Of a DNA stretch of 64,000 nucleotides, positions 58,345 through 64,000 are shown piece after piece. How positions within the stretch are numbered: the first letter of the stretch is position 1; each line of letters starts with the position of its first letter. The stretch lies in NCBI GenBank assembly GCA_951406725.2, contig OX597816.1, forward strand, positions 32,240,001 to 32,304,000. The letters run 5' to 3'. Both the position numbers and the translations under genes were made by a program. The notes beneath the pieces are model-generated. The model had not been told where the DNA came from. It did no database searches and saw only the letters and a program-made list of their open reading frames with translations. The stretch comes from Octopus vulgaris (Eukaryota).

Positions 58345-58386
58345 GCTGCATTGAAAAGGGGCAATACCCCGAAACGCGTCTGTAGC
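58345..58386 (+). ncRNA. Minimal type I hammerhead ribozyme motif, U3-A8 variant
   Basis: gctgca-TTGAAAA-gggg caata cccc-GAAA-cgcg-TC-tgtagc: 6-bp stem I, 4-bp GC stem II, palindromic stem III ACGCGT, GUC site. Confidence 0.8.
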
Positions 58387-58707
58387 TGCCGGCCAAGTAG
58401 TGTGGAGCGACTGACCTCCCTTGTTCAAAGGTTATATGGATACAGTTTGTGTATCAAATAGCTAACTTAAGGCGATGGCCTCATGGAGCTAATAAGCGAA
58501 CAGCTTTATTCTTATTTTTATAAGAATGCCATATTAGTATGGCAATAACTAATATTTTCCGGGAACGCTGCCGTTGTTCTCTTTTAGAGAGACTTAGTAA
58601 TTTTAATATTTCTATTATTGAAAACAAGTGGATGTATTCCACCGAAGCTAGGTAAATAAAACCTTTGAACAGAGATTGTCAGAAGCGACACATACTGGTC
58701 TGGCTAC

Positions 58708-58749
58708 GCTGCATTGAAAAGGGGCAATACCCCGAAACGCGCCTGTAGC
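58708..58749 (+). ncRNA. Hammerhead copy with cleavage triplet mutated from GUC to GCC
   Basis: GAAA-cgcg-CC-tgtagc. Confidence 0.7.
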
Positions 58750-58915
58750 TGCCGGCCAAGTAGTGTGGAGCGACTGACCTCCCTTGTTGAAAGGTTATAT
58801 GGTTACAGTTTGTGTATCAAATAGCTAACTTAAGGCGATGGCCTCATGGAGCTAATAAGCGGACAGCTTTATTCTTATTTTTATAAGAATGCCATATTAG
58901 TATGGCGATAACTAA

Positions 58916-58950
<35 letters not shown>

Positions 58951-61900
58951 GCATGCACGTATGTGTATATATTTGCATGCAATGCATATGAAGTCAACAT
59001 ATAATGGGCCGTAAGAAAAGAAATAGAATGATGAAAGCACATTGATAAAAACATGTTTATTTCTGTTCGGAAATTATGGAATCCTGTGTGTGTTTACAAT
59101 TCATAACTTGTGAAAAATTAATATTTCGCGTGCATTTTCAAGAAAACATCTGTAAATGCCTGGAGCATGCCTTAAAGGAAATAGTATGACTACCGTAATT
59201 ACATTACATATTACTCAGCCCTAAACTTAAATACATAAAATGACACGCAATGAATAATTATGAGCAAACATTGATTAAATTGTTTTCTTTAAAAGTTATT
59301 CTTTGCTTCAAATATTTGAAACAACATCTGGTACGTTAAACATTGTTAAACGTTGTATAAAATCATTGGCAAATCATTAGTTCTGTATGTTTTCGTATTC
59401 TAGTCGTCAATTGTAATCTATTGAAGATCATTATTTTCCTACAAGAGGTTTCTGAACTTAGCCCGAAGGAAAGTGTTGTCCACCCACACACAACTTGTTC
59501 CTAGTACGGGCGTTATTTCAACTCTATTTAAATAACTATTGAAAGTATATTAGTAATTCCTTTATATGTCACCAGTGATGTTTTGTTACTTCGTTTTCTA
59601 TTCAAAACCATAGTAGTGTGCTGATCTACCATTAATACTACTTTGGTTTCTACCAAAACATTTTGAAGTTATTCTTATTGTAAATCGATATCAAGAGAGA
59701 ATTAATCAATCTACGTCATTCTAGTGCATCCAACATAAGAATTCCCATTTCAAGGGATCAATAGAAAGAGCTCAGTTACTAGTCAATCTTTGCATCGAAA
59801 GCAGTGATAAGATATCTTGACCTCGTCTATCGAATGATTATTGATATGTTTGGGTGTTTTCATAAAGCTTAGGGTCTAAGAATCTTGCTTTCTATCTTTC
59901 TTTTCAGAATCCTTACTGATGACCAGTATATAAGAACTGACTTAACTACGACTCAACATTGTAAGCATATTCAAACTTTTAGAATTATAAAAAAAATGTT
60001 CATATATAGATAAAAATACTTTTCTTTTTTACCATGCTATGAAATTCAGTTTTTAAACCCCTGACGTAAGAAGCTTTTAACTCGATATTTAGGGAAGACT
60101 TAATTAAATTGATATGCATGTCTATTTATATTTTAATGCAGTAATGTGTGATTGGAAATAGCATGGTAGGATTTGCTAGTTGGTTTACCTGGAGAACAAG
60201 AATTAAATTTACTTTGTAAATGATATTTAAACAGTAGATTGTTAAAGAGATATAGTGCGCATAAAAGTTAATGCATAGGATTTAATGCCTATGATTTAAT
60301 GCTGGATTTAGTCGTAAATGCGTAAAATTTAATGCTGGAGACTTAAATGCGTAGAGCAGAATTATGTTTGCATATCACTGGTATATTCTTCCAATATTTC
60401 AATACGCGTAAACAAATAAGATTTTAGAATGTATGTATGAGAGGAGGTAGATGTGTGTTTAAGTTGTTGGCAAATGTTTGTGACACCGGTTGATGGTGCT
60501 TTTTGGGTGTATGCTTTTGCGTAAATGAATGGTGAATGTATGTGAGAAGACTCCCCAGAGGAGAAGGGGAGTGAATTAATGTCGAAAAGGTCATTAGGTT
60601 ACGAGGATAATTAAAACTGCTTTACAAAGCCTGGAGATATCAGATACGACGACTAAAGCCAACCTAAATTCAGTAATCCTTATTGTTCAGACGGAAACGT
60701 TTGTTAAATTGTGAGCATTTGTATTAATATTGAAAGCATCACATAGGGATAGGTTATTCCCTGAGCTAGTCTTTTGTTCTTTTTAGTTTCTATTATCAAA
60801 GGCTTCTTATTGTCTATTTAACTTCCCTTAGAGCGAATATATTTTCAAAGCAATGTAGTATATATCTTTTATAATAATTAATAGAGCTTTCCTCTTTTTA
60901 ATATGCAACACTTACAAGGTTTCCGTGTCTCAAAAAGAAAATATGCATCACTTGCCTGTATATCAATTTCTTTTTTTAAGTATACTTGGTAGCATTATTT
61001 CACTTCATATTGAAACGTTTGCCATCGAAACTACATTATGTGGAGAGATAATGTATGTTTTCAAATGATTTATTTAAACAATAATTTCATAAATTGTGTT
61101 TTTTGAAAATATTGACAGTATAGCAGATTCCCAGACATAGCAATTTCGTTTGTATTTTCATGAAAATATAATACCGGAAAGATAAGCGTATATTCGTTTT
61201 GGATATCTACACTTCACAAGTGTCCATTTTAGCGTGTAATAATAATTTTCAATGTTTTTATAGACGTAGTGTTCAGTATGCAGGAACATTTCATGAGTGG
61301 TGGTTTCGAAGAGGTGGTGTGTATGGCATATTTAGAGAAAGGAGAGATATATTTTCTAACGTTCACATTTATCATAATGTGTAAATGACAGCACAATGAC
61401 AAACGAAAGGCCATGTGGTACTCAGTAAAGACCATTTAAAAGTTCAAATCATGCCTTTGTACGATGGTAATATTTTCCGATATCTATGCATATAACTTTA
61501 TCTATATCAAAATCCTCGTTTTCTATCTATCAATCCATCGTTCCCAAATATGTATTCGGTCGGTTTCTTTCGATAAGCTGCTATGTCACGCAGAGGTAAA
61601 CATACCAATGCTGGTTTTCAAGTGGCGGTAGTTGAAATTACGAGCTAGAATAAGACACAGACACACAACAAAATATCGATATCTGTCATTATCGGTGATT
61701 TCAAAACGAGTAGTCTCGCATGGTCTGCGGAATTCATGTGAACTTAAACATTTCGGCGTATGTTGGGAAATTTCGCAGGATGTTTTCCTGCAATAACTTC
61801 GACGTATAAAGAAAACCGTTCAGTGTGTGTATGTGATCGATTATGTTACATTAATAGAGCTTCTATTAAAGTGTAACTTTATTTCCTTTCATGTCTCTAC

Positions 61901-62474
61901 TCTGTACCACCTAAGCAAATATGATTCACTCTGCATGTACGTCATATACGGGTGATGCAATTCATTTCTCGATGATCTGAGTAGACGATGGTTATACGGT
62001 ATGCTAATGACGACATCTCAGTGTCCATCGTTCTTAATATTTCAGTGGCGAACTATCTTACTTTGTCTGTAACTTTCACGTCTTCTTTAACGAATGACGT
62101 GATTTAGATATCCAAGGACGCTATCATGCGTTAAATTCGGTGTATAAGTAATATCCATACACACCGATAACGTCTAAATTACTAGAGTGGCTTTAATTTG
62201 TAATTCAAAATTTGTGTGTGTTTGCGGAGAAGTATTAAGTAATATCTATTTGCCAACACAATGTGGCAGCCCAACGCAGAAAGATGTAACTACATTTTAG
62301 CCCCAGCAACACATGTGTTCCCGATGAATACCAACACATTGTCTGTATCCGTATACTGTGAGCAGGGGGTTATATTGCTACCTTTGTAGCCTTAGCGATT
62401 CCTGTAGACCAATACTCTCTGAGTTATTTCTATCCCTCATATCAGGTCAAACTCCGGCTAGTGATTGATTCATT

Positions 62475-62599
62475 TTCTTTTTTGTAAGCCCAGTACTTAT
62501 TCTATCGGTCTCTTTTTGTCGAACCGCTAAGTGACGGGGACGTAAACACACCAGCATCGGTTGTCAAGCAATGCTAGGGGGACAAACACAGACACACAA

Positions 62600-62630
<31 letters not shown>

Positions 62631-62792
62631 CATATATACGGCAGGCTTCTTTCAGTTTCCGTCTACCAAATCCACTCACAAGGCATTGGTCGGCCTGGGG
62701 CTATAGCAGAAAACACTTGTCCAAGATGCCACGCAGTGGGACTGAACCCGGATCCATGGGGTTGGTTAGCAAGCTACTTACCACACAGCCAC
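62475..62792 (-). mobile_element. SINE family A with internal microsatellite
   Basis: Collinear with 54945-55295. Confidence 0.85.
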
Positions 62793-63379
62793 ATATAAAT
62801 GATAGTTTATAGTTATAGAACATCTATGTTACTGCATAAGACAATGTTTCAACAAGTAAATATTAATGATAAAGTTTTGCTACAGCACAACCTAATTGCT
62901 GCGTGCACACCGAATTGACTTTACGAGGTAACACTATTATGTAACACTATTATCTTTTGCTATATTTAATCAAATGTGAAACGGAACATTGTAGTATTGG
63001 TTAATCCGAAATTATGACTTACTTGACAGACACTTTTAGAAATTTAAATCTACTTGAATTAATACACGACAGGGCGGGAGTGATAATATTGAGACACTTC
63101 ACATGCGGGATACAAAGAAAAATTTGAATTTGAAATTATTCAGTTGGCAAACACCCATGGTTCAGGAGCTCAAGCATATTCAACAGCATAAAATTAAACA
63201 TATCAATGATATTTCAAAGCCACAAAACCTAAAAAGAAATATGAAATACCTAACAAAGGCAGAATTCATGACAGGCGATAACGTTCAAATTGAGGAAAAA
63301 GTTGTGACGTACACCTTTGAAGATTCAAATATTTGGAACGAAGGTCTAATATAAAATTTAAAATGAATTCTTTATCCAA

Positions 63380-63600
63380 CTCAATATAGACATGAAGAGG
63401 CAAAACAATGTGTCCAAATTGGACATTAAGTCTATAGATTAGACAGGGAACTTATTTTGCTGAACAAGCAAGAAAGAGAACTCTACAGATTAGATAGCGA
63501 ACTTATGGAAGATCCCATTGAATAAACATCAAGAATCATGCGGAAACGATATGTTCGACAAATTCTTATCTTACAAATGTCCAAGGGAAGTATCAAAATA
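63380..63600 (+). pseudogene. Possible very degenerate PLE GIY-YIG remnant
   Basis: Fragments resembling YI.QTG, LQI...NLWKIPLNKHQESCGN...YKC, similar in layout to 45510-45640. Confidence 0.3.
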
Positions 63601-64000
63601 CTGGTGTCATGTAACGAGAGATTTTATCAAAATTTTATTAAAATATGACATCTCAAGATAAACCAAATCGAAATACAAACAGATATTAATAACGTCTTTG
63701 TCATTAATATTTGACTTTTAGACACTTAGATACACACAAGCACGCAAGCAAGCAAAATCTCATACAAGCACGTGAGAGCACAAACACAGTTGTACGTAGG
63801 TACACATGCACAATCATACATACAAATATGTACAAGATTATTTAAATATCCTGGAGAAAAAAAAAACTGAAACGTTTAAAGATTTCCCAAGATGAAACAG
63901 TTTTTTTTTTAGTAGTAATCAGTTAAACGTTTCTTTACTTGTCATCAAACCAGTCCGTCAGAAATCTCGTTCTTGAATAAAGACTGAATATACATATATA

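Noticed and set aside
59917-59923. Isolated CTGATGA
   Set aside because: No stem II or GAAA partner

Overview
AT-rich eukaryotic DNA saturated with (TA)n, (TG)n and (TAGA)n microsatellites and transposon debris. I cannot support any intact host protein-coding gene; there are only two weak, phase-compatible candidate exons. The two recurrent tRNA-headed SINE families and the microsatellite load suggest an octopus or other coleoid cephalopod genome (inference from recalled repeat families, not a search). Recognisable elements are RTE, CR1-like and R4/Dong-like LINE fragments, two mariner remnants, one Tc1-like remnant, Helitrons, and several Penelope-like element (PLE) remnants, one with RT plus GIY-YIG endonuclease. 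The dominant signal is about eleven fold-back (inverted-repeat) insertions from many different sequence families, nearly all in or next to (TA)n tracts. At least five of these families carry minimal type I hammerhead ribozyme motifs. Their core variants are a U3-A8 covariation, a U3 wobble, a recurrent U.U opposite the base of stem II, and palindromic stem III. Three are ORF-less repeats with 352, 363 and about 561 bp units and look like PLE pseudo-LTRs or retrozymes. Almost all ORFs in the supplied track are microsatellite or repeat artefacts.
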